Shown: piece by piece, positions 27,294-35,607 of the stretch | Layout of the letters: each line of letters opens with the position of its first letter | Numbering within the stretch: position 1 is the first letter of the stretch | Origin: Gammaproteobacteria bacterium | GTDB taxonomy: Bacteria > Pseudomonadota > Gammaproteobacteria > QZLD01 | Length of the DNA stretch: 42,694 nucleotides | Direction of reading: 5' to 3' | NCBI GenBank assembly: GCA_004796385.1 | Contig: QZLD01000028.1 | Coordinates: 1-42,694, forward strand | Translations under genes and position numbers: made by a program | Notes under the pieces: model-generated | What the model saw: the letters and a program-made list of their open reading frames with translations, nothing else | Databases searched by the model: none | Told to the model about the DNA's origin: nothing

Positions 27294-28214
27294 ATGTTTG
27301 AGTTAGCGCCTAACCTCATAGTAGTCGCAGGTCCTACCGCAACAGGTAAGACAAGGCTCGGAGTAGCCATTGCGAAAGAGCTGGGAAGCGAAATAATTTC
27401 AGCTGATTCCAGGCAGGTTTATCGAGGTATGGATATCGGTACCGGTAAAGACATTAGCGAATATGGATCGGTTCCGTACCACTTGATAGATATAATGGAG
27501 CCAACGGAAGAGTTCAATGTATACCGCTTTCAAAGGCTGTTTTACGATCTTTTTGAAGATATTGTCTTCAGATTAGGAGTTCCCCCCGTTTTAGTTGGTG
27601 GAACAGGGTTATATATAGATTCAGTTGTAAACCGTTATAGCTTTAAAGATGTTCCTAAAGATGAAAGTCTAAGAGAAGAGTTAAAGGAATACAGTAATGA
27701 ACAGCTTAAAGAACGGTTGCTGAAAACCGACATTAAACTGCATAACAGTACTGATACAACAAACAGGATAAGGATGGTTAGAGCAATAGAAATTGCTGAA
27801 ATGCCTATGGAAATATCTGAGCAAAAAAAGGATATTCCACATATTTTTCCGCTTATATTGGGTATTAGATTTGAAAGAGAGCAGTTGAGACAAAGAATAA
27901 CTGCAAGGCTGAAGCAGAGATTTCAGGAAGGTATGATTGAAGAGGTTAAAAGTCTGTATGAACAAGGAGTTACTTATGAAAAGCTGGATTTTTTCGGACT
28001 TGAATACAGAATGATTGGGCAGTATTTGCAGGGGAATATAAAAAGCAGAAATGACTTGTTTCAGAAATTAAATTCCGCAATACATCAATTTTCTAAAAGA
28101 CAAACAACATGGTTTAGAAAAATGGAACGAGAAGGAGCAGCAATAATCTGGCTAAATGGCAATAGCGAAAATATACTTCAGGAAGCCTTGTTGCATCTAC
28201 ATAAATCAAAATAG
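27294..28214 (+). CDS. miaA: tRNA dimethylallyltransferase (MiaA family)
   Basis: Matching segments are the P-loop VVAGPTATGKT, ..IISADSRQVYRGMDIGTGK, PYHLIDI, VLVGGTGLY, RMVRAIEI and KRQTTWFRK. It starts 5 nt after the stop of the upstream OMP gene. Confidence 0.8.
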   Translation: MFELAPNLIVVAGPTATGKTRLGVAIAKELGSEIISADSRQVYRGMDIGTGKDISEYGSVPYHLIDIMEPTEEFNVYRFQRLFYDLFEDIVFRLGVPPVLVGGTGLYIDSVVNRYSFKDVPKDESLREELKEYSNEQLKERLLKTDIKLHNSTDTTNRIRMVRAIEIAEMPMEISEQKKDIPHIFPLILGIRFEREQLRQRITARLKQRFQEGMIEEVKSLYEQGVTYEKLDFFGLEYRMIGQYLQGNIKSRNDLFQKLNSAIHQFSKRQTTWFRKMEREGAAIIWLNGNSENILQEALLHLHKSK

Positions 28215-28229
28215 TCTTAATATATAATA

Positions 28230-28258
28230 TTGACATAAAAGCAGTGCTGGCACAGAAT
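28230..28258 (+). promoter_or_regulatory. Candidate sigma-70 promoter for the NRPS-like gene
   Basis: TTGACA at 28230..28235 is followed by a 17-nt spacer and CAGAAT at 28253..28258 (4/6 match, including A2 and T6), ~55 nt upstream of the TTG start. Confidence 0.35.
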
Positions 28259-28313
28259 TGGTCGAGTTGTTTTATTGCACTTTTCTTACAAGAACAATAC
28301 AGGATTTTTATAA

Positions 28314-31300
28314 TTGGAGCCGATAGCTGCTATTTCCGAAGAAGTATCTGTTATTATTCAGCATAGTTCAGGTGTTGATAATAAGCTTATTAATTCAAAT
28401 ACAATTATTTCAGAACTAGAGATCGAATCAGTGGTTATGTTGCAGATTTCGTCTGAAGTAAATGAAAATTATGGGGTAAAAGTTCCTGTTAATTATTTTT
28501 TTGGTAAACATACCATAAATGATATTGCTTATCAGGTATTTAAAGCCAAAGGAAAAAGCAAAAGCGATAACAATGGCATTATGGAAAAAACGTTGGATTG
28601 CAATAATCCATTTCCTCTCAATGAAGTTCAACAGGCATTCTGGTTGGGAATGGAGGATGTTTTTCCTTTAGGTAGTATTCCTCCTCTTTTTTTTGTAGAA
28701 CTGGAAAAAAACAGTCTGAATATAGAAAAGCTGCAATATGCCTGGAATGAGTTAGTAAGGCGCCATGAGATGTTAAGGGCGGTAATTCTTTTAAGTGGTC
28801 AGCAGCAAATACTTGAAATTGTTCCTGAATACAGTTTTGATAAGATTGATTTTAGTATGATGAATCATGAAACTGCACTACAGGCAACAGAGGCAGAGAG
28901 AAAGAGCTTTATAAACCTGTCGTGTGAACCGGAAAAGTGGCCTTTGTTCAGAATTTCCGTAATAAAACTGCCAGAGGATAACTACAGAGTTTTTTTTAAA
29001 ATTGATCTGCTTATTGCCGATCTTCTTAGTTGTAGAATACTTATCCATGAATGGAGCAGCCTCTATTTTGGAAATGAGTTGGTTTTATTGCAAAAGCAGG
29101 GGCTTTTTAGAGGATATATTCTTAAAAGTATTGAGAATCAACGCAGCGAAAGATATAACAAAGCATTTGCATATTGGAAAGAAAGAATAGCAACTTTACC
29201 ATTACCTCCGCAGCTTCCTCTGGAAAAACGGCCGCAGGATCTGAAAAAACCATCTTTTAAAAGACTGTCTGGTTCAGTATCTGAGGCAAAATGGAAGTTA
29301 TTTAAACAGTTTTCTAAAGACAAAGGTGTTTCGGTATCCATGTTGGTTTGCACCTTATTCTCAAAAATAGTGGGAAGCTGGAGTAGTTCCGGTAGTTTTA
29401 CCCTCAACCTGATGTTATATCAGAGGCCTGCCATAGATGATGAAATCTACAACGTAGTTGGTGATTTTACCTCTAATTTATTGCTTCAGGTAGATGTGGA
29501 GAGCGCCGTAACCCTTATTGAAAATGCAGGAACATTACAAAATCAATTGTGGCAGGATATAGATAACAGCGAAGTTAGCGGTATAAAAGTTTTGCGTGAA
29601 ATGCACCATTTTCATGATAATAAACTCCTGACAATGCCTGTTCTTTTTTCCAGTAATTTGGGATTGGAGTCTTACGAAGAGAGAATATCGCATACCGGTA
29701 ACAGCATTTTTGGCAGACCTGTTTTTAGTGCCATGCAGTTGCCACAGGTGTGGTTAAATCATTCGATTATTGAAGAGAAAGGTGAATTAATATTTAGTTG
29801 GGACTACATAGCAGATCTTTTCCCTGAAGGTATGATAGAAGCTATGTTTAGTTGTTATTGCCGATTATTGGAGCAGGCAGTAACAACTCCGGAAATATGG
29901 GGTAGCCCATTTGATTTTTCAGAGGTATCTCCTTTAAAACAGAATTTGACTATTCCTGAGCTTAAAGAGAAACATGCAAGAAAAACATTGCAGCAAGCTA
30001 TAATAAAAAACCTTTCCGGTGAAGGAGTTGTTTTAGAAAGTAAAGATCAATTAATTACCAAGCAGGAGTTATTGTCCTCTGTTTTAGCAATAATGGAATT
30101 ATTGGATAATGATAGCGAGGCAGGGCGTATAGCCATATATTGTGAGAGCTTTAAACTGCAGGCGGCTGCGATACTGGCGACAATTCTTTCAGGAAAATCA
30201 GTTGTAGTAATTATGTCAGGTTCTCCGGCTAAAAGGATTAATCGAATAATAAGCTGCACTGACGCAGAACTTCTTATTACAGATATAAAGCTTAATGCTA
30301 TTAAATCTCCTCAGATATTTATTAGCGACATAGAGCCTTTAGTAACAAAGGATGCGGAGCAATTGGTATTATCAACAGAATCTGATCAGGAGATATTTGT
30401 GTATTGTGGAGCACTTTTTAATGAAGATCCTGAAATAATATCAATTTTCCAAAGAACACTGGAAGATAACTTTACCTTTTTGGGCGAATGTTGCGATATA
30501 GAATCAAAGCAACAACTAATATCTTTTTCAAAGAACGGGTCAGATGTTTTTGTTTACGATCTTCTTTTTGGGATCTATTTTGATAGGGCAATTATGCACA
30601 ACCCATCTGTTAGCGATGCGCATAACTCCTTGATTAAGTGTGACGATATCTACACAAACAACCTGAAATTGGTTCACTCTAAAGGTAATGAACTGATAAT
30701 TGGGGATAAAATATCTCTTAGCAGTGAACGAATTGAAAACCGATTAAGTTTGGTTGAATATGCGGTTGTTACCAATATTATCGGCACGCCCATAATAACC
30801 TCTTATGAAAAAAGAAGCGGAAGCGCAAAAGATAGAATTTTTAATGAGCAGATAAAAGCGATTACCCTTAATAATGATATGAAGCCGACTCCACCTATTG
30901 CAGTTGGCAATGTTTATTATAAAGGAGAAAACTTACCTCATTATCAAAACAGAAATCATGGCGAAATTGCAGAAGGAATGCTGTTTCCTACCAATAGAGT
31001 AGGAAGAATCTCTCATTCTGGAGAGATAACCTATGTGGTTGAAGAAAACGATATTATTCAAATTAATGGTATTCGGACAAATATTGCGGAAATCAGGGAA
31101 TTGCTTGTTGAACATCCGGCGATAGGCGATGCAGTGACCATTTACAATAGCGATGAGAATGGTCGTAATGAGCTTGTGGCATATGTATCTCCCATAATGG
31201 ATTTATCAAGAGTTCCTGTATCTATCCCCTGCACAGTGGAAAACGACTTTGGTGAAAAATACAGGACAGTAACCGTAAATATTTCTGGCAATAGTATTTC

Positions 31301-32279
31301 AATTAAAAGTGATTTGCTAACTTGGTCTATGAATCAACAGGTATGGGTAAGAATTGACCTTAAAGGCGTTAATAAAAACAAAAAACTTCCAGGATATATA
31401 AAATGGTATTCATCTGAAATAGCTAATATTTCTCTGGATATATCCAAAGAAGATTTTGCCAATATTCAAAAGGCGCTGAACAATCTTTTTCTAAGCTCTA
31501 AAGATTCTGCAGTAGGGGCTGATGATGCAGAAAACAGTTTGGAAGGAATAGATAGCAGAATAAGAGCGCCGTTTTATGAGCCTTGTCTTATTAAACTGCC
31601 AAGGCAGCGTGATCTTCTTGAAGTTAGTGCTCAGAATATCTCTAATAACGGGATAATGATTTCAGGAATAAAGGAGAGATGTATTCCTGATCAAAAGGTG
31701 AAAATCTGTCTGGTATTGCCAGAGCATGATGAAACTTTATGGGTAAATGGTTTTGTAGTTTGGCAATCAAAAGAGAACATGGGGATAAAATTTAATCTTG
31801 ATAATAGTGATTCCGCAATTATTTCTAATTCTGTAAATACTATTTTGCGTACTGAAAACAATAAATTTTCGTTATTTTCAATTTCAGATATTAAAACGTA
31901 TCTAATGGATTATTTGCCGGAAGATATTGTTCCGCAAAAGTATATACTTTTGGATGAAATTCCCAAAAACAATAGTGGAGGAGTTCAGTTTTCAGCTCTT
32001 CCCAACCCTGATTTAGGCTACTATCCAGAAGATGAAAGCGCTTATGAGCCCCCCAAAAGCGAACTTGAAAAAGAAATTATCTCCCTGTTTGAGCAAGTAT
32101 TGAATATTAAAAAAGCCGGAATGAATGATGACTTTTTTGAATGGGGAGGGGACTCATATAAAGCACTGAAATTTATAAATATGCTAAAAGAGAGAATAGG
32201 GAAAGAGGTAAAGCTGTCGCTTATATATAATGCACCTACAGCAGCAGGGTTATTTTCTGAATTATGTAAAAAAATATAA
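28314..32279 (+). CDS. NRPS-like single-module protein: carrier-like N-terminus - heterocyclization (Cy) domain - degenerate adenylation-like domain interrupted by two tandem PilZ-like domains - PCP
   Basis: Cy motifs are FPLNEVQQAFWLG (aa 100-113), DLLIADLLS (231-239; DxxxxDxxS in place of HHxxxDG; nt 29004..29030), LPLPPQLP (295-302), GDFTS (383-387) and PQVWLNH (477-483). A-like motifs are ITKQEL (581-586), ILSGKSVVVI, RINRIISCTDAELLITD, IIQINGIRTNIAEIRELL (914-931, A8-like) and IPKNNSGGVQFSAL (1216-1229, A10-like with the Lys missing). The PCP motif is FFEWGGDSYKAL, with its Ser codon at 32154..32156. The start is TTG, directly after an in-frame TAA; the first in-frame ATG is codon 42. 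Confidence 0.75.
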   Translation: MEPIAAISEEVSVIIQHSSGVDNKLINSNTIISELEIESVVMLQISSEVNENYGVKVPVNYFFGKHTINDIAYQVFKAKGKSKSDNNGIMEKTLDCNNPFPLNEVQQAFWLGMEDVFPLGSIPPLFFVELEKNSLNIEKLQYAWNELVRRHEMLRAVILLSGQQQILEIVPEYSFDKIDFSMMNHETALQATEAERKSFINLSCEPEKWPLFRISVIKLPEDNYRVFFKIDLLIADLLSCRILIHEWSSLYFGNELVLLQKQGLFRGYILKSIENQRSERYNKAFAYWKERIATLPLPPQLPLEKRPQDLKKPSFKRLSGSVSEAKWKLFKQFSKDKGVSVSMLVCTLFSKIVGSWSSSGSFTLNLMLYQRPAIDDEIYNVVGDFTSNLLLQVDVESAVTLIENAGTLQNQLWQDIDNSEVSGIKVLREMHHFHDNKLLTMPVLFSSNLGLESYEERISHTGNSIFGRPVFSAMQLPQVWLNHSIIEEKGELIFSWDYIADLFPEGMIEAMFSCYCRLLEQAVTTPEIWGSPFDFSEVSPLKQNLTIPELKEKHARKTLQQAIIKNLSGEGVVLESKDQLITKQELLSSVLAIMELLDNDSEAGRIAIYCESFKLQAAAILATILSGKSVVVIMSGSPAKRINRIISCTDAELLITDIKLNAIKSPQIFISDIEPLVTKDAEQLVLSTESDQEIFVYCGALFNEDPEIISIFQRTLEDNFTFLGECCDIESKQQLISFSKNGSDVFVYDLLFGIYFDRAIMHNPSVSDAHNSLIKCDDIYTNNLKLVHSKGNELIIGDKISLSSERIENRLSLVEYAVVTNIIGTPIITSYEKRSGSAKDRIFNEQIKAITLNNDMKPTPPIAVGNVYYKGENLPHYQNRNHGEIAEGMLFPTNRVGRISHSGEITYVVEENDIIQINGIRTNIAEIRELLVEHPAIGDAVTIYNSDENGRNELVAYVSPIMDLSRVPVSIPCTVENDFGEKYRTVTVNISGNSISIKSDLLTWSMNQQVWVRIDLKGVNKNKKLPGYIKWYSSEIANISLDISKEDFANIQKALNNLFLSSKDSAVGADDAENSLEGIDSRIRAPFYEPCLIKLPRQRDLLEVSAQNISNNGIMISGIKERCIPDQKVKICLVLPEHDETLWVNGFVVWQSKENMGIKFNLDNSDSAIISNSVNTILRTENNKFSLFSISDIKTYLMDYLPEDIVPQKYILLDEIPKNNSGGVQFSALPNPDLGYYPEDESAYEPPKSELEKEIISLFEQVLNIKKAGMNDDFFEWGGDSYKALKFINMLKERIGKEVKLSLIYNAPTAAGLFSELCKKI
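31200..31808 (+). other. Two tandem PilZ-like domains embedded in the C-terminal subdomain of the A-like domain (aa ~963-1058 and ~1079-1165)
   Basis: PilZ-like 1 reads SRVPVSIPCTVE..TVTVNISGNSISIKS..VWVRIDL..LPGYIKWYSSE..ISLDI. PilZ-like 2 reads SRIRAPFYEPCLIKL..LEVSAQNISNNGIMISG..KVKICLVLP..LWVNGFVVWQS..MGIKF. The (D/N)xSxxG motif is exact in domain 2 (NISNNG, nt 31635..31652). The RxxxR motif is degenerate in both. Confidence 0.55.
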
Positions 32280-32533
32280 ATGTTTGCCTATATTGATATA
32301 TAAACATATATTTAATTTTAAATAAAAGCTTGAAAGCATAGTGAAAAAGTGATCTAATTCGCATATTAAACTTTCGGTTTGTGTTTGGTTTCCGATGGTT
32401 GAAAGGGAGGAGTTTCCTCAAGTCGTGTAGCAAGGCAGAGGAATATAATAAAAACAAAACAGAATAATAATTTAAATTTAGCCTACGTATAACAAAAATG
32501 AGAAATATTGAATTTGGGCGGAGGTAGCTTAAT

Positions 32534-33184
32534 ATGCAAATGCTTTTACCAGTTTTAGTGGGGTTGTTGACCCTTGCCGTTGGCTTTATAGCCTTGGCGA
32601 ATACCGTATCAAAAGAAAAGAGCTTATCTTGGGGAGTGTTTGCCCTTATATGTCCACCTGTTTCACTCTTTTTTGCTCCTGTTTACTGGAGTAAAGCCAG
32701 ATTAAGCTTTTTCATAATGATTATTGGAGCAGGTTTTTTAGCAGCCAGTCTTTATTTTGGTGGCTATACCGAAGTAAAAAGACATCTTGAGATAAGAGGA
32801 ATAAAAACCAATATATCTTCATATGTTCTTGGTTATGAGATTGATCCGGAAATTGATCTCGCAGAAAATACAGAAAATATTGAGCAGAATATAGTTCCTA
32901 TAGAAGAGAAAGAGCCGAAAAGTAAAGCGCAGTTATCACATAATATGACCTATTCAGAAATAACGTATAACAGAATAGATCCTGAGTCAGCCAGAGGTTA
33001 TCTGGGAAGTAAAGTGGTTATGTCATTGAGTAATGGTAAAAAGGCATCAGGTGTTTTATTAAGCAGTCAAAATGGAAAGATTACTCTTAAGATAGCCAAG
33101 GATAGTGGTCATGTTTCATATATTATTCCAATAGCAAAGATTAGAAATATGAAAGTAGAACGAGTAGTAAGAAAATCTGTTTAG
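32534..33184 (+). CDS. Hypothetical membrane protein (3-4 N-terminal TM segments plus a small C-terminal beta-rich domain)
   Basis: A GGAGG RBS region precedes the start. The hydrophobic segments are LPVLVGLLTLAVGFIALA, FALICPPVSLFFAPVYW and FFIMIIGAGFLAASLYFGG. The C-terminus is ..KVVMSLSNGKKASGVLLSSQNGKITLKIAK.. Confidence 0.5.
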   Translation: MQMLLPVLVGLLTLAVGFIALANTVSKEKSLSWGVFALICPPVSLFFAPVYWSKARLSFFIMIIGAGFLAASLYFGGYTEVKRHLEIRGIKTNISSYVLGYEIDPEIDLAENTENIEQNIVPIEEKEPKSKAQLSHNMTYSEITYNRIDPESARGYLGSKVVMSLSNGKKASGVLLSSQNGKITLKIAKDSGHVSYIIPIAKIRNMKVERVVRKSV

Positions 33185-33205
33185 GGATTTTTAAGGAGAT
33201 AAAAC

Positions 33206-33241
33206 AAAAAAGAGGGCTGTATGTACGGCCCTCTTTTTTTG
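33206..33241 (+). terminator. Rho-independent terminator
   Basis: The stem aaaaagagggc ... gccctct is followed by a run of seven T, ~25 nt after the stop codon. Confidence 0.7.
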
Positions 33242-33446
33242 CATAGACTATTTACAATTGAGTCTATTATTGTTAGAAAATAGAAACAGAAAGGCCGTTG
33301 AGACTATAGTAGAAAAATTATCTCAACAGAAATTAAAAACAAAATGACAACAGTCTGAAAATAATAATTATTTACCCTATAATGAGATAAAAGCCATTAT
33401 TATTAAAGAGCATTATTACCAAGAGATAATCCCAAGGAGAAAAGAG

Positions 33447-34571
33447 ATGATAAAAAATACAGGGATAGCCGGATATATCTTTGCGGCTGCTTCATTTGTG
33501 CTGTTTTTTGCAGTTTCAGCAAGTGCAGCATTAATAAATAGCGCAACTTTTGTTACACAAACAGCACCATCAAAGATGATAGTTGGAGATAAGGCAACAG
33601 TTAAAGTTTCGTTTAAAAATTCAGGTAATGGTGAATGGTCCGCCGATTCCGGATATATGCTTAAATATGTTGGGTCAGAGAGTTCAATATGGGGGGTAGA
33701 TGATATTAAACCGATATCATCGAAAAGAGTCCTTCAGGGGGGATTTATAGATTTTCAGTTTCAGATAACTGCACCATCTAAGCCTGGGCGATATGTTTTA
33801 CAGTGGCAGGTTAGTGATTCTGAGGGTAATGTTTTTGGGCAGAAAAGTAAGGCAGTATCTGTAATGGTGGAAGATGATCAAATGCAGTCATCTTTTGTAT
33901 CCCAGCTTGTCTCAAATACAATGGAAATAAACAAGAGATATAATATAACCCTACAGTTTAAAAATATTGGTGTGGACATTTGGGAAAAAGGACGAGGTTT
34001 TGCTTTAAAGCCAACCTCGGATAGAATAGCAAAAACATGGGCTGTTAGCGCTGTACAGTTAAAGCAGGATGTGGCTCCTGGTGAGGTGGCAACATTTACT
34101 ATTCCGATTAGAACTCCCCGTCAGGCAGGAAGTTATCCTTTTCAGTGGAAGTTGGTACAGGGTAATTCATTTTTTGGAGAGGCTAGTCCGTGGATATCAA
34201 TTAGAGTTGAGTCAGGGGTTAGCGGCCATCAGGCAGAGTTGGTATACAGTAATGTTAAGCAGAAGATGGTTGCCGGAAAACAGTATAGTGTATCTGTAAT
34301 AATGAAAAATGTAGGTACTACCAACTGGTATTCAAGTTTTGTTTCTCTCGATTCCAGAAAACCTGATAGAAACCTCAACTGGTTTATTAATAGTGTTACT
34401 TTGCAGAGAGGTGAAGTAGTAAAGCCGGGAGAGATTCGGAATTTTAGTTTTACTGTTATGGCTCCTCTTGAGCCTGGAGTGTATCCGTTTAAATGGCAGA
34501 TGAGTGATAAAAAAACAGGTTGGTTTGGTGAAGCAACTCCAGAGTTACATATAAGGGTTGTTGCTCCTTAA
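33447..34571 (+). CDS. Secreted protein with three tandem NBR1-like Ig (N_BRCA1_IG-type) domains
   Basis: The signal peptide is ..FAAASFVLFFAVSASA. A three-fold pattern recurs: F(V)....P..M..G....V.(V/L).(F/M)KN.G...W ...... V.PGE...F.F.(I/V).AP..PG.Y.(L/F).WQ(V/L/M)......FG. Confidence 0.6.
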   Translation: MIKNTGIAGYIFAAASFVLFFAVSASAALINSATFVTQTAPSKMIVGDKATVKVSFKNSGNGEWSADSGYMLKYVGSESSIWGVDDIKPISSKRVLQGGFIDFQFQITAPSKPGRYVLQWQVSDSEGNVFGQKSKAVSVMVEDDQMQSSFVSQLVSNTMEINKRYNITLQFKNIGVDIWEKGRGFALKPTSDRIAKTWAVSAVQLKQDVAPGEVATFTIPIRTPRQAGSYPFQWKLVQGNSFFGEASPWISIRVESGVSGHQAELVYSNVKQKMVAGKQYSVSVIMKNVGTTNWYSSFVSLDSRKPDRNLNWFINSVTLQRGEVVKPGEIRNFSFTVMAPLEPGVYPFKWQMSDKKTGWFGEATPELHIRVVAP

Positions 34572-34597
34572 GTAAATTTTTATATCTTTAGTAAAAG

Positions 34598-34627
34598 ACG
34601 GCTCCGGTTGCGGGGCCGTTTCTTTTT
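34598..34627 (+). terminator. Rho-independent terminator
   Basis: The hairpin is acggctcc-ggttgc-ggggccgt (one wobble), followed by ttcttttt. Confidence 0.6.
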
Positions 34628-34640
34628 AGAGTGATTTGTT

Positions 34641-35582
34641 ATGGAAACTGTTAATGAAATTACCGATGAAAAGTTATATTTGATTTCTGAATCAATCAGG
34701 CAGGTTGTTATAGAAACTTTATCCGGTTGTGACAGTGGTCGGTTGAGTATTCATAAGGGTGATATGAAGGGGCATCATCTCGCAGATCAAAAGGTATATG
34801 AATCTATAAAAAGATTTGCTATGGATAAAAAAGTGGCATCAGTAATTTTTATTGAAGGAGAAGAGACTATATATACCGGAGCAGATTCGAATCTTGTGCT
34901 TTTAATTGATCCGGTTGATGGTTCAGTAAATAGAGATCTGAAAGTTGGTGATCCGGCTTTGTCTATTGCTTTTTCAGAAAAACGGTCTCCAAAATTTGAA
35001 GATATAATTGGTGGATATGTGTATTGTTTGCATTCTGGAAATGAATATTTTTCAATAAAAGGTAAAAGTTATTTCAGAGAGAGTAAGGATGCAGAGTTCG
35101 TGCAAATATTCTGTGACAGCAAAGTAGATAAGCTTGAGGATGCCATACTTTATTTTAATGATGGTTATGGTAAAGAGATGTCTAAAAGCGCATTTCTAAA
35201 AGCTGGAGCTCTTCCTTATTTTGTAAAGCACAGAAATGCGTTTGATAATAGTGCTGCTGAGATATGTCAAATGGCGAGGGGGGCGGCGCATATTCGAGTT
35301 GAAGCCAGATCGTATGAGAATCATAATGGTAGTGGAGGTTCTGATCACGCTAATATTTTGTCAGCATTTGCAATTGCAAAACCTGCAGGAATAAAAATAA
35401 CAGACCTCAGTGGGGAAAATATTTCCGGGTTAAAAATTGAAATGGATAAGCCTCAGGACTTTATTTGTGCGACAAGCAGAGAAATATTGCAGCAGGTTGT
35501 TGCAATAATTTCAGAAAATAGATCACTATTAAATAGCATTATTTCTGTAACTACTCTCCAAAAAAACAATAAAAAAGCTTGA
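34641..35582 (+). CDS. Inositol monophosphatase / FBPase-family phosphatase
   Basis: Metal-binding motifs are IEGEE and LLIDPVDGSVN (the W.IDP.DG(T/S).N type), with a later FDNSAAE resembling WD.AAG. Confidence 0.6.
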   Translation: METVNEITDEKLYLISESIRQVVIETLSGCDSGRLSIHKGDMKGHHLADQKVYESIKRFAMDKKVASVIFIEGEETIYTGADSNLVLLIDPVDGSVNRDLKVGDPALSIAFSEKRSPKFEDIIGGYVYCLHSGNEYFSIKGKSYFRESKDAEFVQIFCDSKVDKLEDAILYFNDGYGKEMSKSAFLKAGALPYFVKHRNAFDNSAAEICQMARGAAHIRVEARSYENHNGSGGSDHANILSAFAIAKPAGIKITDLSGENISGLKIEMDKPQDFICATSREILQQVVAIISENRSLLNSIISVTTLQKNNKKA

Positions 35583-35607
35583 TATTATTTGATGCGTTGG
35601 GCCTGAT

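Noticed and set aside
28248-28263. A TGGCAC motif upstream of the NRPS-like gene as a sigma-54 promoter
   Set aside because: The sequence is TGGCACAGAATTGGTC. The -12 position reads TGGT rather than TTGC(A/T), so the essential GC is missing. I listed the overlapping TTGACA-17-CAGAAT sigma-70-like arrangement instead, at low confidence.
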